Positions 1 to 12,200 of a DNA stretch of 64,000 bases are shown in pieces (position 1 is the first letter of the stretch; each line of letters opens with the position of its first letter). The notes under the pieces were generated by a model. It did no database searches, was not told the origin of the DNA, and saw nothing but the letters and a program-made list of their open reading frames with translations. The stretch is from Sphaerodactylus townsendi. Taxonomy: Eukaryota. The stretch spans positions 51,584,001-51,648,000 of the forward strand of contig NC_059425.1 in assembly GCF_021028975.2 (NCBI RefSeq), written 5' to 3'. The position numbers and the translations under genes were made by a program.

Positions 1-229
1 GTCTGTGAGCCCTGTTACAACTCTTGTCTCACAGTACATAAAATTGGCAGCCTTGCTTTTTCAAAAATGTCACACAGATTATATACATGATTAACAGACC
101 ACCATCCCCACCCTTCCTGACTCTGTCTTGTTTTCTAAAACGCTATTTCAATAAGTACATGAATCTGAAGAGCTGGGTATATTACAACACAACACCTTTA
201 AATAAACTAAGTTAAAATAAAATGAGAAT

Positions 230-1380
230 AAAATAAAACTACCTACATGGGTCAATGGAGATAGAGAAAGGGAAAATGTTAAAACGATTTACATTTGATT
301 ATCTATGGTCGCTTCAAGACGTGAATGGCTAATTCGAGACGGTAAAACGCCGCCTCCAGGTCGCCATTTTCTCGCCACCGGCGAAAGCTAACGAGTCAGC
401 AGCCACCTCACGCCAAGGCCTCGGCTCGCTGAAGCGGCGTTCCCCAGAGAGCTTCCCAGCACTCTTTAGAAACGCTGCCGTGCGAAGGCCGCTGCTCGGT
501 TTAACGGGTAGCGCTTCACACTGTTTACCTATCTCTCGTTTCGGCGCTGTCAGCCGAGGGACACCTGCCCTGCGCCGCTGGAGCAGGCGCGCAGGGCCAG
601 GGGGGCGTGTCCCCAGGCCTCGGCGACGTGCCGGAGGCCTGGGGACATGCTGGGTCGGCCAGGCGCCGGCTCTCCGTGGCGCCGGCTGCCCGGCTGTTCC
701 CAGGACCGTCCATGCGGACGGTCCTAGTGTCGTCCGGTCGGCGTCATAAACGCCGACCTGGCCGTTTCCGCCTTCGTGCGGAAACGGCCTATAAAATTGA
801 TCAGGAGTAACTTTAAACTTTCTGATCTTCATCATCTGTACTAGAAATGTAGCAACGTCTGTGGTGATCTGGATGTTTATCAGGTGTTCTGAATGTTTAT
901 CAGAGGTCTGTAGGGCTTTGTTCAAATGAGGTTTTATGAACTTGTCTCTTTGGAACATATAGAAGTTACAGTGTAGCATGACATGCTTGATGGTCTCTAT
1001 GTGCCCCTGCAAACATAGACAAAGCCGGTCACTGTATGGAATATTTGCAAGTCTTCCATTATAGGTGGTCAATGGAAGAACATTGAATCTGGCTTGCATA
1101 AAAACTTGCCGGGCATGTGAAAAGGTGAGGTTTGTAAAATATGCTGGAAGGTGCCCTTGTTCTGATGAAAGATTGAATGCCAATGGGGAACAAAATCTCA
1201 TTGCCTGGGCATGGATTAACTGTTTCTCCATATCAACTAATCTTTGCTTTATTATTGCAAATACGTAATGTTTGTTTGAGTTGCTTAGGGAGTCCAAAGA
1301 GATACCAAGAGTTGTTATCTTTTTTGTTATTGCATATACTATGTTGATTGAGAAGATTCTGACAGCATATGGTGTGTAAG
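230..1380 (-). mobile_element. 5'-truncated non-LTR retrotransposon (RTE-X-like; clade uncertain), ORF2 C-terminus plus 3' UTR, interrupted by a MITE
   Basis: Minus-strand ARFNVLP...GR..NIPYSDRLCLCLQGHIETIKHVMLHC (C-terminal CCHC-type finger). Removing the MITE restores ...PDQFYR-stop (TTT TAT AGA TAA). Boundaries are approximate. Confidence 0.7.
307..789. mobile_element. GC-rich palindromic PIF/Harbinger-like MITE
   Basis: Right TIR GTGCGGAAACGGCC, degenerate left TIR GGTCGCTTCAAGACG, 3-bp TSD TAT (304-306, 790-792). Shares the core GGGGGCGTGTCCCCAGGCCTCGGCGAC with the 22.4 kb and 59.2 kb copies. Confidence 0.75.
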
Positions 1381-1566
1381 GCTCTTTGTTTTAGCCCTGT
1401 AATAGAGACAAAGACAGAATTTAAAGGTAAACATTTACATTTTTGTATCCACCAATGTTAGACCAAGTTCATAACAATTGGCAAAGCAAGGCACACATTT
1501 GGGAATGCTAAGAAGACGACGAATGAAGTGGGATTGAATGTGTATATTAACAGTCCTTAGGAATAA

Positions 1567-1770
1567 TAGCATTGCCAACCTCAAGGTGGACCCTGGAGTT
1601 ACGCTGGAACTACACCTCCAGACTGCAGAAATCAGTCCCCCTGGAGGATATGACAACTTCAGAGGGTGGGACTTTATAGCATCACATACCCAGGATCTCC
1701 CTCCCTGCTCTAAACGCTGCCTTCTCCAAGCTCCAAATTTCCAGGAATTTTTCAAGTCAAAGTAGACTCC
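1567..1770 (+). mobile_element. Old MITE of the (AG)GGTTGCCA family (hAT-Blackjack-like); other copies at about 58058-58270 (-) and 59050-59760 (+)
   Basis: Shared body GGAGATCTCCTGGAATTACAACTGAT..CCAG..ACAGAGATC..TTCCCCTGGAGAAAATGG..GCTTTGGAGG..GGACTCTA across three loci. Confidence 0.55.
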
Positions 1771-3737
1771 ATAAATGCATCTTCAGATCAGCTCAAATTC
1801 CTTCACTGCAACTCACACCACCACCATTTAAGAATCAAATTGCTCAGTTCAGACATTCTTCTAGAGGCAATTGGGTGAAGAAGCGTTAGGATTGTGGCCA
1901 ATGACGTATCCCCAACCTCCACACATGAAGCCTATGAATTCTCATCCAATCTTGGATCCTCCATTTTCCATGGATCCCTAATTCATGCATGTTCAGATGC
2001 ATGTGTGTAGGCTCCATGCAGCCAGTGCCCAAGAATACATGCAGGTTAGAGCCTGGGTCAGCAGAAGTGTTTGTGACTTCATCCTCCAAGTGCTCAAGGA
2101 AGATCTGAAAAGGCACAAAGTTGAGAATCAAAAATAACATGTCATCTATGAATAAAATTTGTCCAGTGCTTATCTTAAATCTGAGGAATCCCTATGAAAA
2201 GTTCTGAGAAATTTCAAAGTTCTTCAGAAAACTATTTTAACAGCTTATGAGGAATTGTAGGAACAAGGACAATTTAGAAATCCTTTTCTACCTCCAAAAC
2301 CTTCCCTTTCCAAGACTATATAAGCTTTTAGAGGTTTGAGAAGGTCATATTGGCTGCTACATCTCGTTCTGATTTTATTAAGGACATATATGAGGCTCAG
2401 GGTCAGGGTTAGACAATGCACTGGTAGACAATGCAATTTTCATGCGTTTGAGGGATGATTCATATGATGCAAAGTCATCAGGGTTGTCCAAAGGACCTTG
2501 TATTACATGTGTATTGGGATTTCTGTGCACCCCAGGTATATGGGAGCCACATTCTGATCACAGAATTGGTCATTCAACCAGTAAAAGGTTGTATCCTAAA
2601 CAGTTTTTCCACTGGCAAACACCTGAGTGTTTCTGGAAGTTTTATAAGGGCCTGTATTGTAGACCCAGAATATTTGGCCTTGGTTGTTGAGCTTGAGCAT
2701 TCCTCTTTCCCTTACTAGTGGAAAAACTGGTATGATACAACCCAGTGTCTGGGTATACAAAATGTGAAATATGGACTACATCTTCCTGGGTAAATTGTAA
2801 TCTGAGAAGAAGTCCCCCTGCCTCCAGTCTAGCCTGTTCCTTCTTTACCCACAGATTGGTTTTTTTTTTTTGAACCAGCCTCTAACCTTAAAAATATAGC
2901 TTGGCAAAGTTAGAGGAGAGAGGGTGGTTAAAGAGGTTGACTGGAAGGAACTGGAGCTGCAGCAGCAATTTTGGAAAAAATTATAATAAAATATGTGATT
3001 ATTAATGAAAAACAGTCTCTTAACTTCTGAATTCCTCTCCCTGCCCACACAACAGATCTTTTAGGTTCAGTCAGTGTTTAGAGCCAAAGCCAGTGGGGAA
3101 GAAGATTTTATTTAGCTCAGTTTTTAACAATGACATGACTGACATTGTCAGTACACATTTAGAAGGTAAATGGGATGGAAATCAACTTTTCCACTGGTGA
3201 AAAGACTTTACTGGGATGTATTTATTTATTTGTTGCATTCATGGCCTGCCTTTCTCACTGAGACTCAAGGAGGATTACAGAATAAAAACAGTGGACTCAT
3301 ATCAAATATCCAGTGAACAATGCAATAGGAGTATGGTTGCAGATTTATTTATTTATATTTTACATCTCTATCCCCCCACCACAACAAAGGGGCTCAGGGT
3401 GGGTAATAAAAGTCAAATATACATTTTAAAATAGAAAGTTAAAATAGATTGAAGACCATAGAATACTGCAAATAATAAGCTGACTCCTGCACCCTTATTG
3501 TCAGCATTCTCCTTCATCTCTCTTTCTTACCCTGGGCCAGGCTGTGGCATCAGTGTCCAGGAGCCTCTCTGTGTCTGGCCACATTGGCATTATTATCCAT
3601 GAGCCTCTCTGGCCCCGGAACAGTTCCCAGATGTCAATGCCATCATGGCTGAGCCTGAAGCTACACTTCGTTTGGCATCAGGAAGTCCACTCCAGGCTAC
3701 GCAACACTGCAGCATCTGTGGCCAATAAAATAGTAAT

Positions 3738-4052
3738 GGGAAAGGAAGAGGAATGATGGGGAATATTGACAAGAAGGGGATGGGAGAAATGGAGAGGGAA
3801 TAGGCTGACAGAAAAGAGAAAAGGCAGGTTGGTGGGGAAAGAAGAAAAAGGGTGAAAAAGATGTGGTAGGTAATGTAGGCTGACAGATAAAGGGAAGAAG
3901 AAAATGGGGGAAATGGGGGAAGGGTGACAGAGAAGGGAAGAGATAGACTGATGGAGAAGAGGTGGGGGCAAAAGAGATGGAGGTAGGTTGACAGATAAGA
4001 GAAGGGGGGAAATAGGGGGTAAGAAGAGAGAAGGAAGCAAAAAGAGGAAGGA
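3738..4052. repeat. Purine-rich low-complexity tract; another at about 31500-31680
   Basis: G/A-dominated, with a recurring AGGCTGACAGA motif. Confidence 0.8.
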
Positions 4053-7000
4053 ATATATCCTCTCTGCGAGTTTTTTTGTTAATAATATTAATTAAAAGCA
4101 TTGCACGGCTTTGGTTTTTGTTTCTGATTTAAAAAAAAAATTAAATTTCATTTAAGTACACACTGAAATCTGAACTTCTGTCCATCTTGTACACTTTTTG
4201 CTTTTTTTCAACCCCCCATATTTCTGATGATGTGTCTGATGTGTGGTGTAATATAATATTTGGCAACAGTCAAACTGCTCACCAAAAAGCCCATGAAAAT
4301 GAGTTCAAATTTCAAGCAAAGGCCAGATCTAAAGTCCTAAATATTCACAGGATCATGTGGTTGCTCAGATTAAGAGCTGTTTTGACATGATTTTATATTT
4401 CTTTCTCTACCATCTCTCCCACTGTCTAAAATTTAAATTTTAAGCTTCTTGGGGCAGTGGCCTGAATTTTTCACTGCAGAGCAACATGGGTATTTAGGTC
4501 ACTTGCTTCTTCAAACAAATGTAAAAGTATGGAAAGTGTGCACAAAGCTACACAATCTGTGAAGCTTTTTTTTTTTTTTAAAGAAAGCTTATTTCACTGC
4601 AAAAAGAATGTGTAGGATCCTTACAGTTCACTGCTATCCAGAGTTACTCCAGTCTAAACCCACTGAACCTAACAGGCTTAGACTGGAAATTAGACCGGAT
4701 CACTCTCTGTAGAATTACATTGTGAGAAAGAGTTCCTCCTCTCCCAGGCTCCTTTTGCTCTCCTCTCCCAGCCTCCTCAAGCCAGTCATATGCTTATTTA
4801 TTCAGAAGTCAGCTAAATCCTGCAGCTTTTTTCTTAAATCAGCTTGCATAGGATTCCAGTTTGCAGCTTTTAATTAACAAAGCTTACTACCATTGTGTGT
4901 ATAAAAGAAATTCAGTACAAAATTAAGAGAGCAGTGTAAATGGATAGTATGACTGGGTGTGGTTAGAGGTGGTTGGGAGAAGTAGAGAAGGCCATATTCC
5001 CCTTAAGAGAATTAAGCATGACAACACAGAAGCCTAGTGAATCCAGGTAAGAAACTCTTTTTTAAAATATTATCTGCTCATAAACTTATTGCAAGGGGCA
5101 AAGATGAAAATAAAATCTGAGTTACCTTGCTCTGGCTACACCAACATGCCACTGGTAAAGCATGTAATGTCCTCTCCACATTAGACCTGAAAACCTGAGG
5201 CTATACAAACTGTGGTTTGCATAAGTCTAGGGTGAATTCCGCACAGGCTATATATAATGGATGTAGGGTGTTATACAAACAGTTTGGTGGTAGTGGTGGG
5301 CACTTTGCACAGGTCCTGTCCCCAAAACAAGTTCATCCCATTTTATTCCACTCAGCCCAGGATTTTCAAAAATTGCTAAACCAGCGATCCTTTTGCATAG
5401 TCTTGGATTGGAGGTGCTTCCGCATGAGCACAATGAGCAGGACACACTATGTTTCCCTCCCTTCCACTCATTCACTTTAGGTTCTGCAATTCCACTGCCA
5501 AGGAGAATCTGCCTGCCCGCCATTCTGTGCAAGTCACCCAACATGTTGTGGGGGGTTTCTCTGAGGCCTGACAGGGTACAAAGTCCCCCAAGCACATTTT
5601 CTCCCTGTGGCAGCGAGTACGACTGATCTACACCAACATGTTCATTATTACTCAGCTGTTGCAAGTCCCTTTTTCTTTTTTTTTCTTTTGTGTGTTGCAC
5701 ATGTACAGCTATTCAGGTGCAGCTGATTGAATTGTAGGGCACTTAGCATGGCTGCAAAGATTCATTTTTGTATGCCTGTACAGCTATGCGGGTGGGCAAA
5801 ATGCATGTGAACTTCAGAATAAATCATGGATTGGATAGTTTGTGTTCTGTGGGTTTTTTTTTTTTTTTTTTGAGGAGCCAGAGATGATTTATGGAGCCAT
5901 GACGTTTACTAAGCCTGCTGCCAGTTCCACTCCTGCGAACTTTTTAGGAGGCAATGACTGCTACAGGGACCGCTGTAATATGCACAATCTGAGAGACCTG
6001 AATACTTAACTATCTGGAAGAATCAGGTAAAACTTGGGTTAGTGCAACTCTTTAACAAAACATTTATATAAACCCTTTGTTTTAGTTCCCTTCACAGTCT
6101 TTGAGATGAAAATAGCAACAACTATTGCCAGAAAGCAGTATGTATGCTGTTGAGTCCTAGCTCTGCAAAACTGCTGGAACAGTGGCATCAAGTCTTTTGC
6201 TATACAGCTCTATTGCTTGTGAAAATGAAGTAAAGAAACTGCAGATCTTGTCCATGTTTGGAATGCCTAAACTGGGCCATCTGCAAACAGTGCTGGTTCA
6301 GAAAGCTCTCTAAAAAAAGTTACCAGTTATATTCTTTATTCCCTGGGCAACAGTTGTGATGGCTTGGACCAATGAAGCCTCTTTACTGCTGTGATAAACA
6401 TGATGTTTCCCTCACGCAGAGTTCCTGTCATGAATGACCTTTCATCTTGAACTGCCCTGACCTTTTTAATGCTACACTGTGCAGAAGCTTGTGTGTTTGT
6501 GTGTGTGTGCACATGCATGTGTGTGCAAGGATCTTTCCTTTTCCAACCAATTACAGGGAAAGGACATGATATTGCTCTTGCTTTTAATCCAGCTAATTAA
6601 AATCTGCATGCGCGGAGTGTAACTGAGAATGTAGACTTCGCCCACCACTTTCCCACAGGCCAGGAATAAAGGTCTTCAGTGTGGCAGAAGCTAACCGGGC
6701 TTTGGAAAACAGAGAACAGAGCTCACAATTCATCCCAGCATCTCTTATCAACTCTGTGGAATCCCCTCCCCAATCTTGCCCCCTCCCTTCTGCACCAGCA
6801 ATCTACTGCTACAACAGAATGCCTTACTGTCAGGGTTCTCTTTGCTCGATTCATCCCACCAGAATGGGAGAAAGCTAAAAATATGTCAATCCCTATTTGT
6901 CAGGCTCCAAACAGAATCTCCTTCCAGCAACCATTTCGAACTGGATGTGTTTTGTAGTAAACTTATTTACTTGTAGGCAGTTTATTCTGCCAAGAAATGA

Positions 7001-7710
7001 TTTGAATGGCATGCTTTCGCAGTTCGTCTTTCCAGATGCTTACAGTGTGCAATTGTATTTTTTGAAACTATTTATTAATAAGGAGGCATTAGAAAAAAGA
7101 TGGTTGCAGGGCAACAATAATTTTTGGATCAAACTGTGTAGAAAAGCATGAAAATATTAGTGGAAATGGGGAAAGAAACTAGAACAATCTGAAAGTAAAT
7201 CTCATCACAAACTCACCAGGTAATTCATGTAATCCTTAAATGTGATCTAAACACACCGATTAGTTTATTCCAAATAGTGCTCCTCTATAGTGCTAGTAAA
7301 CATGATCAAACTACAAGGATGTTAAAGTATTTTTGATCAGATTCCCATGCAAAATTACAGCCAAATTGTACAATTGTTAGCACAGGGAATATCCCAGTCC
7401 AGCCTGGAATTCTTCATGGTCCTTGAAGCCGTATTGGGTCTGCCCCTGAGTTGCATCACCATTTTCCCTTTCCCCCGCAGCTTTAAAAAACCGCCAAATT
7501 GGAGGTTCTTTTGAAATGCCCAACTGTGACTCCGCTTGCCTCTGGGTGCTTCCGCTACCGTGAAACACCATGGCAGCAGAACCAGGGCCATTTTTGCCGC
7601 ATCACCACTCCTGCCCACCTCACCAATCAACAGGTGCACCCTGCTTTTCAGACAGAATTCCTGTGTGTGAGAGAGAGAATTGGCGTCCTGCCATTCTCAG
7701 TGCCTGCACA

Positions 7711-8208
7711 TGTAGGGATGCACTGCTGACCCAGCAGCACCGTTGAAGTAGAGCGCTGGCACACCGGCGCTCCTACGGCCTTCTGGTCGCACCGCTCCCC
7801 ACCCCTCATCCCCCGATGAGTCACAGGTCATGAACTACCTGGCTCACAACCACCGGGTGTCCCAGACAAAGGGACAATGGTCTTGCCCCCAGGTGAGGAT
7901 TAGGCCCAGACGCTGATGCTCCCTCTCCATCCGCGACTTGTAGCAGCCAGGTGAGATCATGCACATCACATGATATTGATCTTCTCAGTCTCCCGCTCTC
8001 CCGCTCTCCCGGAATTCCCCCCGTTCCGCCCTTCTACACGCCCCCGCTAGAATCATAATAAAAGGTGCCAGGAACCAGCACGCGGCAGAGTCGCTAGGAA
8101 CACGGGCACCCGCGCTCCCGCTGCTGGCACTCTCCACCAGATGTTATCACGCACAGCGTCTGGAGTCTGCGTTCTACTAAGCGCTGACCTCATGGTCCCA
8201 CGACTACA
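7711..8208 (+). mobile_element. Solo LTR (ERV or LTR retrotransposon) with 6-bp TSD
   Basis: TGTAG...CTACA inverted termini. TGCACA is duplicated at 7705-7710 and 8209-8214. AATAAA/TATA-like motif at 8057-8062. CpG-rich. Orientation is inferred only from that motif. Confidence 0.85.
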
Positions 8209-9174
8209 TGCACACCCATCTTTTCTGACAGAATTCCTGTGTGTGTGTGAGCGAGAATTGACACTCTGCCATTCCCAGAGCCCACACACCCTCTTTTCTG
8301 TCTAAGATCCATGGTTTATCCCTCTGTGGGTTTACTTCCACAGTGAAAGTGAGTGGGGGAATGGGGGGAGAATCAGCCAATCAGAATGCTGGAAATGGAG
8401 GTTGTCCATGCATGTGTGGAAGAGCTTGCGGAAGAGCTTGCGGTGCAAATGGGAAAGCCCTGGGCTCGTGTGGAAACAGCTGGGGCATAACACATCAGCT
8501 CTGCTTCGACTCCCAGGAAGAACTGGGGAGCCATGCAGAATCAGAAACAGGGGGAAAAGCCCCGTGGCACGTAAGATCCAGGATCTACCACAGGGCAATT
8601 TGGCCATGAAAAAACAGCCTTAGTCTTGCTGAATCAGATCAAAGATCCATCAAGGAGGTGGAGCAGGGGCCCTACCAGACAGGCTGGCTACTATCCATGG
8701 AGTAAGAAGAAAAGAGAGCTGGTGAAGGTAGCCGAGGGCAGGGAGGGATGGGAGTAGGCAGATGAGCTCCCAGCCTCGTCCAACTTCTACCCCCTGAAAG
8801 ACAGAATGAGAAGCCTGGAAGACAGTCTAAGTCTCAAGTGGAGGGAAAAGAGACACCAGACAATGGTACCCAACCCCCAACTCTCATAATAGTTAATGCC
8901 CACCCAGGGAGGGACCTGTCTGATTGTACAATGATCAATGGGCCCAGAAAGGAGCCGTGTTTACAAGGGAAGCATGTTCTCAGGGACAGGGCCTTCCAGG
9001 TGCTCCTAGGCAACCCCCACTCTGCACCTGGGCCACTGAGAGGCCCCTTATCCCAAGATGGTGTGGGGTACACTCATGCCAAGATACTGCAAAGGGTTTT
9101 GCCATTCACATATGAATGGGTTTCTCAATGTTGGGAAGGAGCCGCAGGGCTTGCTGAGCTTGGAAGTTTTGGTT

Positions 9175-9840
9175 TTTGAAAATTATTTTTATTAATATTT
9201 CCAAATATAACATAAAAGGAAAAAACAAACTATACAGCACATGTCTCCTACAATTTAGGATAATGGGTTCAGATACATTATTCATTTCCATAAAAATTCT
9301 ACAAGTTATTTAATTTTACATTTATAACATCTCATTTTATAATAACCAAAAAGCTTCCAAAGCATTAACCATAATAACCCTATTATACTAACAGACACAT
9401 AAACAAAAGAAGTATGAAATTTAGCATTCACACTCTACCCTGCCCACCCTTCTCCCCCTTTATTCCATGTTTAATATAATAAAAAACAAATTTTATTCAC
9501 TGACTTTCCCGACAAAATTTGTCATTCAAGGAAATTTTAGACAAAATATAAACTAATAAAACATTTACTGATAACATCCATTGAAATATAACAATATGCC
9601 ATTTTCACCCTTGGAACTGAAAAGAAATAGGATAAAAGAAGGGGAAAGAAACTAAAAATATTTAAAAAATAAAAAGCCACACCAAGTCTATAACATTTAT
9701 ATCTACCTTAAACTTCCCTTTCTCCCCACATACCTTTTCCATGGGTGTTTAATCTTTAAAAAGAAAAATAAATAAATAAATAAAAACTGTATAGAAATTT
9801 CAACATTACTTAATTGGATAGTGGAGTTCAATCATAAAAT
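9175..9840 (-). mobile_element. Probable L1/Tx1-like LINE 3' UTR (AT-rich)
   Basis: Strongly A-rich plus strand. The minus strand ends AATAAAAATAATTTTCAAAAA. No protein motif was recognised. Confidence 0.35.
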
Positions 9841-9853
9841 AGTTACTTTAATA

Positions 9854-10087
9854 TTTGGGCGCTGTGTGGTTTCCGGGCTGTATGGCCGTGTTCTAGCAGC
9901 ATTCTCTCCTGACGTTTCGCCTGTATCTGTGGCTGACATCTTCAGAGGATCTTCAGATGATCCTCTGAAGATGCCAGCCACAGATGCAGGCGAAATGTCA
10001 GGAGAGAATGCTGCTAGAACACGGCCATACTGCCTGGAAACCACACAGCGCCCAAGTGATTCCAGCCGTGAAAGCCTTCGACAATAC
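9854..10087 (+). mobile_element. Penelope-like element terminal repeat, inverted-duplicated (hairpin), with minimal hammerhead cores
   Basis: Inverted arms of about 100 bp (about 9856-9953 and 9957-10055), tail ...GAAAGCCTTCGACAATAC, and a perfect 13-bp TSD AGTTACTTTAATA (9841-9853, 10088-10100). Core is TCCT-CTGAAGA-T-stem II-GAAACGTC-AGGA. Confidence 0.85.
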
Positions 10088-11629
10088 AGTTACTTTAATA
10101 GATTACTGGTTTAATATTAATACAAGACTTTCCCGATAACTAATTGTACCAAGGTTGCCATTTTTCTACATGGGCTCAGCGTCTATTGGGGTAAGTGGTA
10201 ATGGCATGTGAGGCGTCAGTTGCAATCTGAGGGCTACTTGCTGAATGCTGACACTGGGTGATGGTGCATCTTGTGGTCCAGTGTGGATTCCTCAGGAGTT
10301 GGATCGGAGGTAATGGCACCACTGGCCCAGCCCTTATGGGCTCCTGGCCATTCTGCAACAGTCCTGTTTGGTCTGTGCAGCCATACCTTCATTTTCGTTT
10401 CCAGCTGCTCTATGACTGAGGTGCCCTTTTCTACAATGAGATGACATGGTGGTTACTGAAGCAAGGTTTGGGCCAGTGGGGTTGGATTTTCCACAAAATG
10501 GGGGTCACCCAGTTGTGGCGATCATGTCACACATCCCAGCCCCATAAAGCTTCCCCCACCCATGCTCCGAAGCCCACTTTAGCCTTGTTGATGCATGGGG
10601 GAGGCAAACACTCTTCCTGCCACACCCACTGGGCAACCCTGGGCTGGATCAGGCAAGAACAGAACGGCAGCTCACCTGTCTGTGTATTTTTGGCTTGCTG
10701 TTTCCCAGCTGCTTGACTGTACAACTTACCCACATGACAGAGAATGAGTGGATTCTCTGTTGCTATCCAAGTACAAGATAATGGTAGTACAGTTAGATTC
10801 TGTAAGAGCTTCTCTGAATTTTAGGTTTTGATAGAAAGGAACATTCCACCAATTGCAACTTCTCCTGTTACTGGAACACTGTCTTGGGTAAAACTTCATT
10901 TTATCAAATGATCTCCTCTGTGAAAACCTGGGAAAGGTCCTAGCAACAATTAGGAGGCAAATTCTTCTCAGTAGGTGATATACATGGAAATGAGTTCATA
11001 TCTCCTTTTCCTTGGAGCGGAGACACCTGGCTTTATAAACAGGCTGTCAGGCTGAAGTCTGGAGAATCCTTCCTTAAATGTAGTGTACTTTGATCTCCCT
11101 ACTTCTTAGTAGAGAATGACACATTCTGCCACAATTTCCTGCCAGGGTTCAGTGCTTGGAAGGTTACTGGGCCGCGTGAATTGAAAATACAGCCCAAAGA
11201 AAAGACTCTTTTCACAGTTCCCATGAGCAAAGCGTCTGCATGTGAGCATTTCTGAGTGATGACCACAAAGAATTGCTTGAACAGCTGTGTGCTAAGCTTT
11301 GCCTGTACTCCTTTCACATGTGTTTGTATAACTCTGCAGCATCACATATTGGATTTTCTCTGGGAAACTGGCTGCTGCATTGTGAGGTCAAACATAATGA
11401 AAATATTCATACAATGAGAAAGAAAGATCTTTTCTCCCCCAAATTATGAAATTTATGGCATAACTAATCAAGTACCAGATTAAGGCTGCAATCTTAAAGT
11501 CATTTTCCTGGGAGTAAGCCCCACTGAATAACATGCGACTTATTCTGAATGGACCTGCTTAGGATTGCTCCCTAAGATGGGTAAAGGCCATGGTGCAATA
11601 ATACTTTCTTAACTCCTAGCATATTGTCT

Positions 11630-11820
11630 GTGCTGACCTGGATAGCCCAGGTGAGCCTGATCTCATCAGAGCTTGGAAGCTAAACAAGGTTAGCCCTGAG
11701 GGTCCCCAAGAAAAAATCAGGATTGTTATGCAGATGCAAGTAATGGCAAACCACCTCTGTACATCTCTTGTCTTGAAAACGCTACAGGGTTGCCATAAGT
11801 TGGCTGTGACTTGACGGGGT
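11630..11820 (+). mobile_element. 5S rRNA-headed SINE (SINE3) with RTE-like tail; antisense copies at about 26285-26485, 42090-42220 and 49890-50165
   Basis: GCCTGATCTCATCAGAGCTTGGAAGCTAAACAAGG resembles 5S CCCGATCTCGTCTGATCTCGGAAGCTAAGCAGGG. Tail AATGGCAAACCAC...GGGTTGCCATAAGT..GACTTGACGG is BovB-like. Confidence 0.7.
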
Positions 11821-11973
11821 GGGTGGGGGGAAAGCATGTTGTGTCCCATATACAAGAAATTTCTGGTACAGTAGTAATTCTCCTGAGCATAGGTCCTCTA
11901 TGAATATCAGTTTTAGATGTAACACATTTTAACATAATTGGTCGAAGTGGATTGTTTGTATACTTTTCAATCT

Positions 11974-12200
11974 AGTTTCAGGCCTGGCTGTGGAACTGAA
12001 ATAACATGGGTCACCCTAGTGGATGACCTGTGCAGGGAGATGGGCAGTGGGAGGGCAACTCTGAATATTCCTGGACCCTTCAGTGGTTTTTGATACCATC
12101 AGTCATGATATCTTTCTGGGGTCACCTTTGCAGCTTGGGACTAGAAGATACCTTCCCGGTCTCACTTGGAAGGTAGGTTTCAGAAGGTGTTGCCTGGGGA
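11974..12200 (+). mobile_element. Old L2 RT fragment
   Basis: Degenerate SFRPGCGTE.T.VTLVDDL...D.S..FDTISH.I.L, matching L2 QSGFRPGHGTETAL..DLSAAFDT.DH. Confidence 0.7.

Noticed and set aside
329-1297. 322-aa ORF as a host gene
   Set aside because: It is a chimera of a LINE ORF2 C-terminus and MITE read-through.
3678-4101. Pro/Leu/Phe-rich ORFs
   Set aside because: They arise from a low-complexity purine/pyrimidine tract.
11630-11820. 5S rRNA gene
   Set aside because: Only a degenerate partial 5S head fused to a LINE-like tail, in several dispersed copies, so it is a SINE.
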